DNA of 64,000 nt. Source: Carpediemonas membranifera BICM. Its lineage: Eukaryota > Protista > Fornicata. The stretch's first letter is position 1; each line of letters opens with the position of its first letter. Shown here in pieces: positions 31,601-41,825 of this stretch. Position numbers and translations under genes: made by a program. The stretch covers positions 496,001 through 560,000 of the forward strand of contig JAHDYR010000066.1 in NCBI GenBank assembly GCA_019828565.1. Direction: 5' to 3'. The notes under the pieces are model-generated. The model saw only the letters and a list, made by a program, of their open reading frames with translations. It was not told where the DNA came from and ran no database searches.

Positions 31601-32300
31601 CGACGCCGCCGTCCTCAGCGAGAGAGATGCCCAGCTCGAGGTGGAGATGCTCCGGAACACAAACCGGGCCCTGACCATGGAGGTCGACCGGCTGCACGGC
31701 GTCGTGGCCGAGCGGGACGAGGTGATCGCGTCGCACAGGGTGATCAGCGGGCTCGAGGCGAAGACCACGGACGACGCGCTGCTCGATGCTCAGTCTCGCC
31801 TCGCGGACGCCCTCCAGCAGGTCTCTGCCCTCAGAGAGGAGTTGTCTCGTGTAGAGGCGGCGGCGGACGTCAAGGTTGCCGACACCGTGCGGCAACTGGA
31901 TGAGGCGATGGACGTGACGGCCGACCTCAGACGCGTCATCGGAGACAAGGATGCCCAGCTGCGGCGCATGACACGCGAGGTCGACACGAAGGAGGATTCA
32001 ATCGAGCGGGCCACCCTCCGTCTCGAGGCGGCGCAGGGGACAATCATGGAGGAGATAGGGTCCCGCGACAGGATCATCGACAGACTCGCTCAGACGGCGA
32101 CGCTGCCAGATCCCCGGCCGGCCCTGGAGATGGCGGACATGCGGCCGGATAATGACCCGAACCAGAGCCGCAGCCAGGCGCGGGTGACGACGCGGCCAGC
32201 GGACTACACGATGGCGTCGGACTCGTACGGCGCGGCGCTCCAGTCGCAGATCAGCAGCCTGCACGAGAAGATTCTCAGCCGACTGCGTGAGAACATGTGA
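28695..32300 (+). CDS. LRR + coiled-coil protein with Sfi1-like Trp repeats (probable centrosome/basal body)
   Basis: N-terminal SDS22-type LRRs (LYLSNNQI, LSLANNRI, LNLEGNPV, LDGKQV); about 9 spaced (F/L)xxW(R/K) repeats; C-terminal coiled coil. Confidence 0.75.
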   Translation: MGYASIAKTRTILKNRADARKPDEKGLSRLSDVYKSAEHRHLFQKDKITCVEKMVRRIDMLDAKYKDITTLYLSNNQIRSLTGVEQFLRLETLSLANNRIADLNELRNLSSVPYLRNLNLEGNPVASQPHYRSQAIAHCSTRLAVLDGKQVTDAERKTADAVVRNEASLFRLMLSNQLLIDRLHRAVEKIAMHRQLVAEFKVPGKPLVMTELEPKRIIELAQADLQGSDDSLRDRVRNDMRARAVEVWRKKYPNGLGTRKRPTLTESWDLAYNEVMTLQQKEMSDLLAELDGAKDDIQVFNAKNEARVTSPDGPEAKHRMEREALIGEYQSSVKNLQQTIRGSRVAPHAARSQPVSPKPTPPVQRAWSADVRTAREPGQDLGKTVPPSRLRSLLSHVDVLPDESDAPTASSTTLTQTREVEVPNSPATRIPQPRSRPRGPENSAPNQTNQTAPADTEEELGMLHEALEAAARYQEELETRLEAAFGERDSLRVELDGITRQRGSTAHHLSAVQQACADKEAELAGMRAELIQLRQTAEAATAALGEVTDDRDYHQMKATRFCSELTEMVDMRQKEQRADDHAAVLALRHTLARWRQLPAVSLRAAAVRSMAEERAHSIALAAVGDAFDAWRILPALAQHHRAMATQAEQFHRYRICRAALSCLRTRAAEAEAEEEARLAEADGIRMGVVAAGCLQRWAKFVELRRIKRRNERRACKFERISTTARAFDTWDKAAAKVQRCRAIEQTAVAARNTDTMRASLDLWRAYAAARAQKNAMTARARDVRAGVLLATALGAWHMHHGTYQEAAARARDHTQVEARTVLRTWRVAVETHRAARVQTNAAAVTFCRLERAQAREALHAWRSWACTQRRNRVAVANIEARRTGRAVREAMSQWKTGHLRVLSGQMASVRERTAALAGQIEVTEARYADIEIENLRLIDRLHELNSEVAGLRADQDAVTRAREDQAKDLDAAVLSERDAQLEVEMLRNTNRALTMEVDRLHGVVAERDEVIASHRVISGLEAKTTDDALLDAQSRLADALQQVSALREELSRVEAAADVKVADTVRQLDEAMDVTADLRRVIGDKDAQLRRMTREVDTKEDSIERATLRLEAAQGTIMEEIGSRDRIIDRLAQTATLPDPRPALEMADMRPDNDPNQSRSQARVTTRPADYTMASDSYGAALQSQISSLHEKILSRLRENM

Positions 32301-32611
32301 GCTGGCCCAGTCTGTCATGTCAGTGTTGTAAAAAAGTCTCAGTAGCACGGGCAGGTGACGTTGTTGCCTGACCCACGTCGATTTACGCGAATACATACAT
32401 GAATGTGTTTCGACCACATCGGGCCGTCTGCCGAGGGCGCAGCTATGCTTTCGGGTCGGTGATAAAAACTTGTCATCCGGGCGATGCAGATGGCGATCAG
32501 CTGTTACAGGGCTGCGGGGGACCTGCACTTGCAGCGACTGGCAGCCTGCGTCTGAGATTCCCACGCATATTCTGCGACGGCACAGTTTTCAAGGCGAAGA
32601 GAGATCAACCT

Positions 32612-35600
32612 ATGGATGAGCTTGAGGGTGGCATGTCAGCTGAAATGATGTCACCGCTATCATCCGATGCCTCTCTGTCGACTAGATCCGACAAATTGAG
32701 GCATTCTGTCGATCCTAACGAATTATTCCGCACAGCTCTTGGTTTGGCCCTCACATGCTCTCATTCTTACTCTAGATGACATATTTGGCTCATATATGCT
32801 ATCACCACCACTATTAGCCAAGCATATTGACCGACTCACGACGTTCTTGTCCGTTGTTCCGTGGACATTCGGAAAGAGCGGCCAAACGGTGCAAACGCTG
32901 TTCGATATGAACAGGATGAACATCCTCATCACCAAGATGAGCGAGCACATGGCCGCACACGCCGCAGTGTGCACCAACCAGGGCGAGGTGCTGACGAAGT
33001 CGCCGCTCCCCCCAGTCCTTGAGTGCATCGGGTCCACCGTGGAGGGCACGGAGTGGATCCAGAAGACCGTGCAGCGCCACAGCGCCATCGCCCTCCACAC
33101 TCCCACCCTTGGCCAGACCCTGGATGCCATGCACTCGATCTCTGCGTCCATTCATGTTGAAGGCATGATCATCGGCAGTCTCAACGTGTTGGGCGTCGTT
33201 GTGCGGGAGATGATGAACGAAAATACCGAGGAGGAGGTCTCGAGGATCGCCGCTAAGTTTGGCTGCGACTCCGTTGATGCCGTCACTGCCTTCCACGATA
33301 CTCAGCCACGGCCTGCCAGCGACGTCACAACCCTCATTGATTCTGTGGGCGTTGTTGCGGCGTATCTATCCCGCATTGCCTCGCACAACCGAGACTCACG
33401 GCTAAGCTTCCAAGCCGCCCAGATGCGGGGCAACGGCGATCGCGTACGGCCCCGCTTCACGATGCTGTCCCCGTTGAACATCCCGCTTGTGGTCCACGCA
33501 CTCCTGTTCTCTCCGTCGACGTCGATGCTCCCGCCCGTCGTCGACGCCGTGTGCTCGCTGCTCCCGATCGCCCAGCTCGCCATTGGGATGCTCCTCACGG
33601 CCCTTATGTTCACAACAGCCTCAGATCCGACGCTGTTCAAGGTAGTCGCCGCCATCGGGCTGCCCGGTGCCCTGCCCGGCCAGGATGTCAGGCAGACATG
33701 GGGTCATATCCTCGTCGTACTCGTGCCGACCCTGGCCATGTTCGCCCTCAACGTGTTTGGCCTCGTCGCCATACGCACGAAGCAAGACATGTGCCTCGAC
33801 CGCATACGAACCGCCAACGCCGCCAACCTCCGTCTGGCGCTCCTCGCCGCCATCCTCGTGCCGTCCATGGCCGCCTCGATCGCCCAGATCCCTGTACGGA
33901 TCGCGACGTCGTCGAACACCTCCCCAGGCTTCATCGCTGGCGAGGTGGCGGCGCTGGTAGTTGGTCTCGGCCTGCTGCTGTTGCTCGCGGTCCTCGTCGT
34001 GCTGGTGTCGATGGTTGTCGCCGTCCCTCCTGCCAACCGCGCCATCCGCATGCTTGACCTGGCTGGTCTCTGGCTTCTTATCTTCCTTGCAGCGTGTCTG
34101 GCGGCAGGCGGCATCGGGGCGCACTCCACTTCAATGGCCAGTCTGCCCCGCGTGTGGGCGGTCCTGCTGGCCGTTTACAAGCTAGCACTGCCCGCCATGG
34201 CCGTCGTAGTGTCGTCTACAGCCGTGGTCGCCGTGCTGTGGCGCGTCCCTTCGACGTACGAAGTCGTTAACACCGTCATGGCCGCCGTCTGCGGGCTCCT
34301 ACTCGCCTTCAGCCTGCTCGACCTCGCCGCGTCCGTCTCCGTCGCGATGGGGGCGGCCACGGCCTTCGACGAGGAGGACCAGACCCCCGTGGCCGCCCCC
34401 ATGCTCGTCCTGCTGGGGCTAGTGGCGCCGCTGCCTTTCCTGGCGATGGCCGCGACGTACATCAGGGTCAGATACGCCGAGCTCTTGACGTTCTCGCACA
34501 TCTTCGGCGGCGGGGCGGACTTGAGAACGAAGGCGAGGCTGCTGCGGACGGCCGTCATCAATCCGACCAAACGCCGCGAGTACATCAACCGCATTGTCGC
34601 AGAGCGCACCTTCACACTCTCCCAACCCGACCTGAAGTCTATCTCGCGTGTCAATCTCAAGATCGGCGTGCGTTCGCTGCTCCACCCGCCGTTCTCGCAG
34701 TTTGGCTACCACGGCATCACCCCCGAGGCCGCGGAGAGCCTCACCGTCATCGCCAACGTGCTTCTGAGCCGCGGCATCGCCCAGTTCCCCGACCACGACC
34801 TCTTCTTCCGCATGGTGCAGCTTTACGTCGCCACAATGACGAGCGAGTCGATCACCACGGCAGCCGCCCTGCTGCAGACCATCACCAAGGAGCACCTCGC
34901 CACACAGAGGCCCGACCACGCGCTGTACGCCTTTGCAATGAGCAACCATCTAGAGTTCCAGCGCTGTGTGTTCGCGCTTGGCGGTGTGGAGAACGCGGCC
35001 AAGTACGTGGAGGTCGAGATCGGCCTCAGTACCGCGCGGAAGCTGCACTACCGCGCGCTGCAGGCCATGACGGACTTCTGGACGCTGCTACTGCGTCGGA
35101 ACCCCGATATCCATGCCGTTGTGCACCAGGCACACGCAGTCGGCCGCTGCGTCCAGCAGGCGGAGAAGACGTACCACCGCCTGTTCCGGCGACACCGCGC
35201 AAATCCAGTCGTCCGGGAGTGGTACGCGGCCTTCGCAGCGTCTGTCCTCCGCGACGAGAAGACTGCACACAACGTCAGGTCAAACAAGGACGGCGTGGCG
35301 TCTACGGCCTCGCATTCGGTGTCGTCAGACGCGACACCGTACAAGCTGCGGCCCGGGGAGTACCAGCAGCGGACGACGGTGGTGACCATGGCGCGGTCCG
35401 TCACCGTGATCATGGTCTGCAACGTGCTGCTCCTCATCGTCACCGCAGCGTTCAGCGTCATCCTCTTCGAACTCGTCAAAGCGAAGCAGTCGGTACTGAC
35501 CGACATCCAGGACGCCTTCTACGCCACCCAGGTCGGCGCCCTGTCTGTCTCCATGGGGCACGCCGACCCCGCCATCGCCGCGACCCTCTACCCGGACATC

Positions 35601-38525
35601 AGCGGGTCTCTCGCTGACGCCGCGGACACCATCCAGGGGGCGCTGGACCCGTTGGCCAGAGCGGACGGCTGGTCGACGATGTCGGTGGCCACGCGGGCTG
35701 TCAGCGAGCCCAGCAAGACGCGCTTCGTCAGCCATGAGAAATGGACCGTCCTCAGCAGCATTGCCACGAGTATGGCGCTGCTGAGTGAGGCAGACGGCAG
35801 CACGGAGATCCGGGAGCTGGCCGAGGCGACCGTCCGGGACAACGGACTTTACATGGTCGCCCCGGCCTTCGCGGGGATGCTCGGGAGCCTCGTCGAGGAC
35901 ACCAACACGCTCCTGATCACCGCGTCCATCGTCCTGGGCGCAGTGGTTGTCATCCAGGCGACTGTGATCATTGTGACCGCGATGTGGCTCGTCAACAGGT
36001 CGTTCACCTCAATCGCCAACGTGTCGGATGACTCCCTCGTCGTCTGTCTTGACGCCACGCGGCTACAGGTCAAGAAGCAGCTCCGGGCTGTACACTTTGC
36101 CAAGATACGCATCAAGGACTTCGACGCCGACATCGACGACTTCATGCCGGGGCAGTCCCAGGCCTCGACGATCAACTCACCAGCCTCCATGGTTGTCGAC
36201 GTCGTTCACACGAAGGTCCAACCGCAGCCCCTTGACTTCAGCGAGGTCTCGGACCTCCAGATATACACACGCCGCTTCGACGACTCCGAGGCCAGCGACT
36301 CATCCTCGGAGTCGAGCTCCAGTGCGGTCAGCGGCCTCAACGTCCCCCTGCTTGGCCGCTTCTTCCGGCGGGCCCCGAACAAGTCGCTGTCGGCCGGCGT
36401 TGTTGTGAGCTCCTTGCTGGTGTGCACGCTGGTGCTGGTGATCGGGCTCATTGTCGCCCAGTACAACTGGTACGGCTCGACTGCCGAGGCTCATCGCGTG
36501 ACAACGGGCCTGCTCCACACGGGCCTGATCGTCGTGGTTAACGAGTTCATGCTCTTCAAGCACGCCATGAACCGCTTCGTCATGACGGGGACGGCCGATG
36601 CGTTCAATGAAGTGGAGACGCTGCTGAGGACAGCAGATCCGAGCTACATAACCCGCCACGTACACACGATCTACTGCCCCTTCGCGGAGCTCGAAAGCGT
36701 CAACGACATTTCGACGTACCTCGCAGACACATATCTGCCCAACGTCGCCCTCACCCTCGCAGCATGGTCCTACGGGTTCACCACAGGCCTGGTAGACCTT
36801 ACAAATGAGAGCTGGAACGTTACCGCGGAGACCAAGCGCGTCGCCGACCGTGCACTTTACGACCGTGCCAACTGGTACACGAACGCAACCGCAGACGCCG
36901 CGGCGTCCCCCGAAAGCCAGCTTAACATCTCTAAGGCCGTCGCGTTCGACGAGATGACTTCAGAGATCGGGGCGAACATCTTCTCCACGGCGGAGGACAT
37001 CGTCGTCGCCGCCCGAGACTTCGCGACCGAGCTGCATACCAGGCCGTGGCTGACCATCTTCGTGTTCAGCACCTGCCTGCTGCTATTTGTCGGGCTGAAT
37101 GTCATTCTGGGCGCCGTAGTGGCGTACACGACGCCCAAGAACACGATCATCCACGGCATGATACTGACGACGATCACGGTCAGTCTCGTGGCGCTCGTCT
37201 TCGTGCTGATGCCCGCCTTCTTCTATAGCACCCAGGCGGACAACATGAAGGCGCTGGCGGCCATCATCCGGTTCTTCATGGGCCGATACGACTACATCAG
37301 CAACGCCGAGGCCTTCGTGTTCAACGCCGACCTCCCCATCGACGCCGTCGTGCGGGATAAGGACATCGTCATCGACACTCGGCTGGATGTAGACGACCTC
37401 GGCATCCAGGTGGACAGGCTGTTTGCGGAGGTGTGCACTGCGCTGAACATCTCGCTGGTCCTATCGGCCAAGGCCACAGGCCGCGAGGTTACATCCGACC
37501 TCGACAACTACACGTGGGATGTCTCGGGTGGCAGGGCCCAGGACGTCGGCCGATACACCAACCGGACGTACGATACGGCCCAGTCGGACGAGTACATGCT
37601 CGCGATGGCGTACGCCGTGCTTACGGACACCGTGATGATGGTCGACTTCCGGGCTTTCGTCGGGATGGTCACAGATCAGACGGCTGAGTTCACCAAGACC
37701 ATAGAAGACCAGTTCGACGCGTATGCCACCGCCATGCTAGTCAGCACGGCTGGCACTGAGGCCTGCTTAACTGTCATCGCGGTGCTGCTCGTCTTCGGGA
37801 TCGTCCCCACCGCCGTCCTGACGAAGGGATCCCTCGGCATCCACCGCACAACGGTCTCCCGCCGCCGCCGCATCCTCAAGAGCGCGTATCGCCGGTTCCT
37901 GACGTCCCTTGTGGCCGTGGTGGTGTGCGTGACAGCCGTCATCCTGGCCATCATCGTCGTCATCTTCGTCTTCTTCACGGCACACTCAAGCCTGATGCAG
38001 TACCTCGCCGCGGTCACACCCGCCGCACCCCTCGCCCTCAACGTCTTGGCCCGTCTCACAGCCCTCGTGGAGGACAGACCGGCCGCCATCCGCCACACGG
38101 CGGAGCTCGCGGACACCATAAGCGACCTGGAGGCCATCATTGCTGATCTGTCGCCGTCGGCCGCCGGCATCATTCCTTATGTCGTGTTCGAGGGCACCGG
38201 GGCCTACACCACGGCCATCTCGGCCCTGAACGCCCTCATCACGGCCGTGGACGTGTCCGACCCTGTGATCAGCGAGGACATCGCATCGACGGCCGTTGAT
38301 GCGGCCAAAGCCATCTTCGACCTATTCTCCAGCCGGCAGAGCACGTTCGGCTGGCTGGTCTCGGTCGAGGAGTACGGCCTGTTGACCGTGTGCACGGGCT
38401 TCCTGTGCGCCGTCGTCCTGCTGTACTTGGTCGCCATGCAGCTGTTGATCTCAAGGCTGTCGGCATACAGCCGGGTGCTGCCGATGATGCAGAGCCACCT
38501 CGAGATCCAACGCCGGCAGCAGTGA
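32612..38525 (+). CDS. Second TmcB/TmcC-like multi-pass membrane protein; intron 32742-32775
   Basis: A 34-nt GTTTGG...TCTAG intron joins MDELEGG...RTAL to DDIFG. DFWTLL...AEKTYHRLFRRHRANPVVREWYAAF parallels the 4749-10052 gene. Confidence 0.65.
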
Positions 38526-38786
38526 CATAGTATGCACATACCATTTTATAAACTAATCAATTGATTGAGCGCACTTAAAGCATTCCGAATCGGCATTTAC
38601 ATCTGAGACGCACGCCACCGCCTCTGATCAGCAGACACTCTGTTAGTGCCCCGCACCCGCATCCTCGCACGTCCCCTGTTGCTCGATGACAGCCCAGCGA
38701 TACGCGTGGACTAGTGCTTATTCGTGGGTAGGTTGGTGCTCTCGGTTGAGGAGACCGTACAGCCCATCACTGCCCCCCCAACGACT

Positions 38787-38951
38787 TGATGTTTGTTACA
38801 GCTGTCCACGAAGAAGACGCTTTGTGGAAGCTCTGGAGAAGACGATCTCCCTACCGACTTAAGATGTGACTAGTAGGAGGGAGACAGGGCAGTGTTGCGC
38901 AGTATATAAATCTCATATAAAACCTGATATAAAACAGGTGCCTATCCTGCG
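38787..38951 (-). mobile_element. Non-autonomous relic B of the Fanzor-like element (5' end only)
   Basis: GTCCACGAAGAAGACGCTTTGTGGAAGCTCTGGAGAAGACGATCTCCCTACCGACTTAAGA...GTAGGAGGGAGACAGGGCAGTGTTGCGCAGT matches 4329-4425; CCTATCCTGC at 38941-38950. Confidence 0.88.
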
Positions 38952-39024
38952 TGTCAAACATCGTATGCGGGATGACATGGTGTAACTTAGCTACGAACTG
39001 ACACGCTACGGTGTATACACACCA

Positions 39025-39855
39025 ATGAAGTTCGGTATAATCCTAGTATTTGGCCTTTTCGCCTCTGTCTTCGCCCAATGCGTTATCTCGCAAGAGGAAG
39101 CCCTCATGAACATGTACGTTGCCCTCGGCGGCGATTCCTGGACCGACAACACCAACTGGAATACAGGTGATGCCTGCACGTGGTATGGCATCAGCTGCAA
39201 CATCGATGGCAACGTTGTCGGCATCGACCTCTCAAACAACAACCTCGTCGGCCTCCTCACCGACGACATCGGGTGCTTCCCCTTCCTCAAGAGCCTCCAG
39301 CTCAACGACAACGAGATCTCCGGCCCCGTCCCCGATGCTATTGGCGAGCTGACCAACCTCAAGTACCTCAACCTTGACAACAACCTCCTGACTGGCCCCC
39401 TGCCCACCGCCCTCTGCGCTGACGAGCACCTCCAGTACATCTACCTCGGCCACAACCTCTTCGAGGGCGATATCCCTGCCTGCTACGTCACCAACTTCAC
39501 CTTCGTCAAGGAGGTCCACCTCGACTGCAACCTGCTCACCGGCGACCTCCTCGACTTCTCCGGCTACGAGTACATGTTCGAGCTCCGCTCCCGCTGCAAC
39601 AACTTCAATGTTGAGTGCCCCGCCTGGATTGAGACCACTGACATGCTCGTCATCTGCTCTGGCGACTGCGAGGACTGCCCCATTGTCCCCCCGACCCAGT
39701 GCCCCGAGTTCGTCGAGGTCGAGGACTGCGGCCTCTACTATCCCGTCCTCCCTACGAGCCAGCCCGTCGCCTCTGTCGAGTCGAATGTCCCCATGAAGAG
39801 CCCCTCGGTTTGGGCTCGCGTCATGCATGTCGTGTCGACCTGGTTGGCGTGGTAA
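39025..39855 (+). CDS. Secreted leucine-rich-repeat protein (plant-type LRR with N-cap)
   Basis: Signal peptide, W...C.WYGISC N-cap, LxxNxLxGxxP repeats and a Cys-rich tail. Confidence 0.88.
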   Translation: MKFGIILVFGLFASVFAQCVISQEEALMNMYVALGGDSWTDNTNWNTGDACTWYGISCNIDGNVVGIDLSNNNLVGLLTDDIGCFPFLKSLQLNDNEISGPVPDAIGELTNLKYLNLDNNLLTGPLPTALCADEHLQYIYLGHNLFEGDIPACYVTNFTFVKEVHLDCNLLTGDLLDFSGYEYMFELRSRCNNFNVECPAWIETTDMLVICSGDCEDCPIVPPTQCPEFVEVEDCGLYYPVLPTSQPVASVESNVPMKSPSVWARVMHVVSTWLAW

Positions 39856-40127
39856 GACATAAAGTGATCGAGTGAGACACGAATGATTCAAATCTGATCC
39901 AAATCACGATTGTCAGCTCCAAATTAGCTAGTCAACAGCGGTCAACGACGTTGAGATTCAGCAGCAATCGTCATGACAATTTTCGCTCTAGGCAAAAAGT
40001 CACCATCGCATCGCTAGGCTGGCTTGGGACGGATTCGCCGTGTGTTCTCATCATGATCCGGTGATCGAGTCGGGATTGAGTCTGTCGAAAAACCGCTCTC
40101 AACCATCTGCGAAAAGCAACATTTCCG

Positions 40128-41682
40128 ATGCCTGAAGATCAGGTTCGAGGCTCTATGACGCATAGTAATGAGCAAGTTGGCAGCAATTTGAAGCATTTGC
40201 GCCCCGAGGGCTACTGGAACACGTGGAGACTCCTTGTGCTCAATCTGAGCATGGGTGGCCTCCAGTTTGCCTTTGCCATCATGGGATCGTGCGTATTCCC
40301 GATGTTCGTGCTTACACAGCTTCGTGAGCCCCTATCAGAAGTACAAGCTCCAGATGCAGCCCTGGGAGTCCTACCTCTCTTTCCTGGCCGGTCCCATCTG
40401 CGGCTTCTTCGTCCAGCCCATCGTCGGTGCGTTGTCCGATCGCTGCTCTCTGTTGTTCGGCCGTAGACGCCCTTACATTGTCGCTGGTGCGATCACCACG
40501 GCCCTGTCGCTCGCCTTCCTCTGCTTCTCATGGGTCCCTGGCCAGATCTTCACCCCGCACAACCCCGCCCGCGTCGCCGTCATTGTCGCGCTGATCGGGC
40601 TGATTCTGCTGAACACGACGATCAACATGATGCTCGCCCCCGTCCGCTCCATCATCCAGGACATCGTGCCCCAGCAGGCACTCGACAAGGGTAACGCGTA
40701 CTCCGCCCTGATGCTGGGCGCGGCGTTCTTCCTCTGCAACATCATGTTCTTCATCCTGCTCGCCGTCTTCGGCATCAGACCCGCCGATGCGAGCTTCGTG
40801 ACCCTCCTCGAGGCGATGGGTGCCTTTGGCGCCGTTGTCATCGTGCTTCTCACCATCCCCACCCTCATCATTGGCCGCGAGTCCCCCCTCAAGCAGGTCG
40901 AGCAGGTCGCCGCGGCCAAGCTCGGCGATGACGCCAAGGAGCCCGAGGCGAAGCGTTTCTTCCTCATCGACATGGCCATCACGCTCATCCACATGCCCGC
41001 TCGCCTCAAGACGGTCTGCCTGGTGTTCTTCCTCTCCTGGGCCGGCTACTTCCCCGTCCAGATGTTCACGTCCTCCCTGTTTAACCTCACAGAGGCCTGC
41101 CTCGCCATCGCCATCTCCAACCTAGTCGGGTCCCTGTGGACATTCCCCCTGGCGTGGCTCTGCTCCCGGTTCGGTGAGAAGTGGCCCTACTTCTGCACAC
41201 AGACGCTGGCCGCCATCTCGACTGTGGGCATGGTCTTTGTCGGCCCCCTCAACGGCGCATTCCCCCACAGCAACTTCGTCACCGTGCCCGCGCTGATCAT
41301 CCTGATGTCGTTCATCGGCATCAACACGACGACGACCAACTCGGCGCCCTTCAGCATGATCGGCAAGGAGCAGTCCGACAACGCCGGGGCTTACGTCGGT
41401 GTCATGAACGCCTTCTGCGTGCTTGCACAGGCAACGGTCCTGCTACTGTCGTCGATCGTCTCCTTCCCCTTTGGCATCATCCCCTTCCTGAAGCACTCCG
41501 CCTTCTTCACTGAGGTCCACAACCTCGTGCCCCTCATCCTATCCGCTATGTTCACCATCGCCGCAGCCGTCTGCTGCCTTTTCCTCCGCACCCGCTCAGT
41601 GAAGGAGCTCATGGCCGAGGCCCAGGGCTACCAGGACCTCGAGGCCGACGAGACTACAGGCCTGCTCGACGATGACATGTAA
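40128..41682 (+). CDS. MFS sugar transporter, SUC/SLC45-like; intron 40289-40319
   Basis: GLQFAFA, LAGPICGFFVQPIVGALSDRC..FGRRRPYI and multiple TMs; a 31-nt GTGCGT...CACAG intron joins the two ORFs. Confidence 0.9.
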
Positions 41683-41825
41683 ATTAACGGTCTGCGCGAA
41701 CCGAGATGATGCCCCAGCCATTACCTCCTGTTGTGCGGCAGGGCTGCATCCACGGCGCTCTCGTTGGGCTGCCCGCGCTCACACCAAGGATGTGAGAGTG
41801 ACGTTCGAGCCGATGAGTCCACTCG

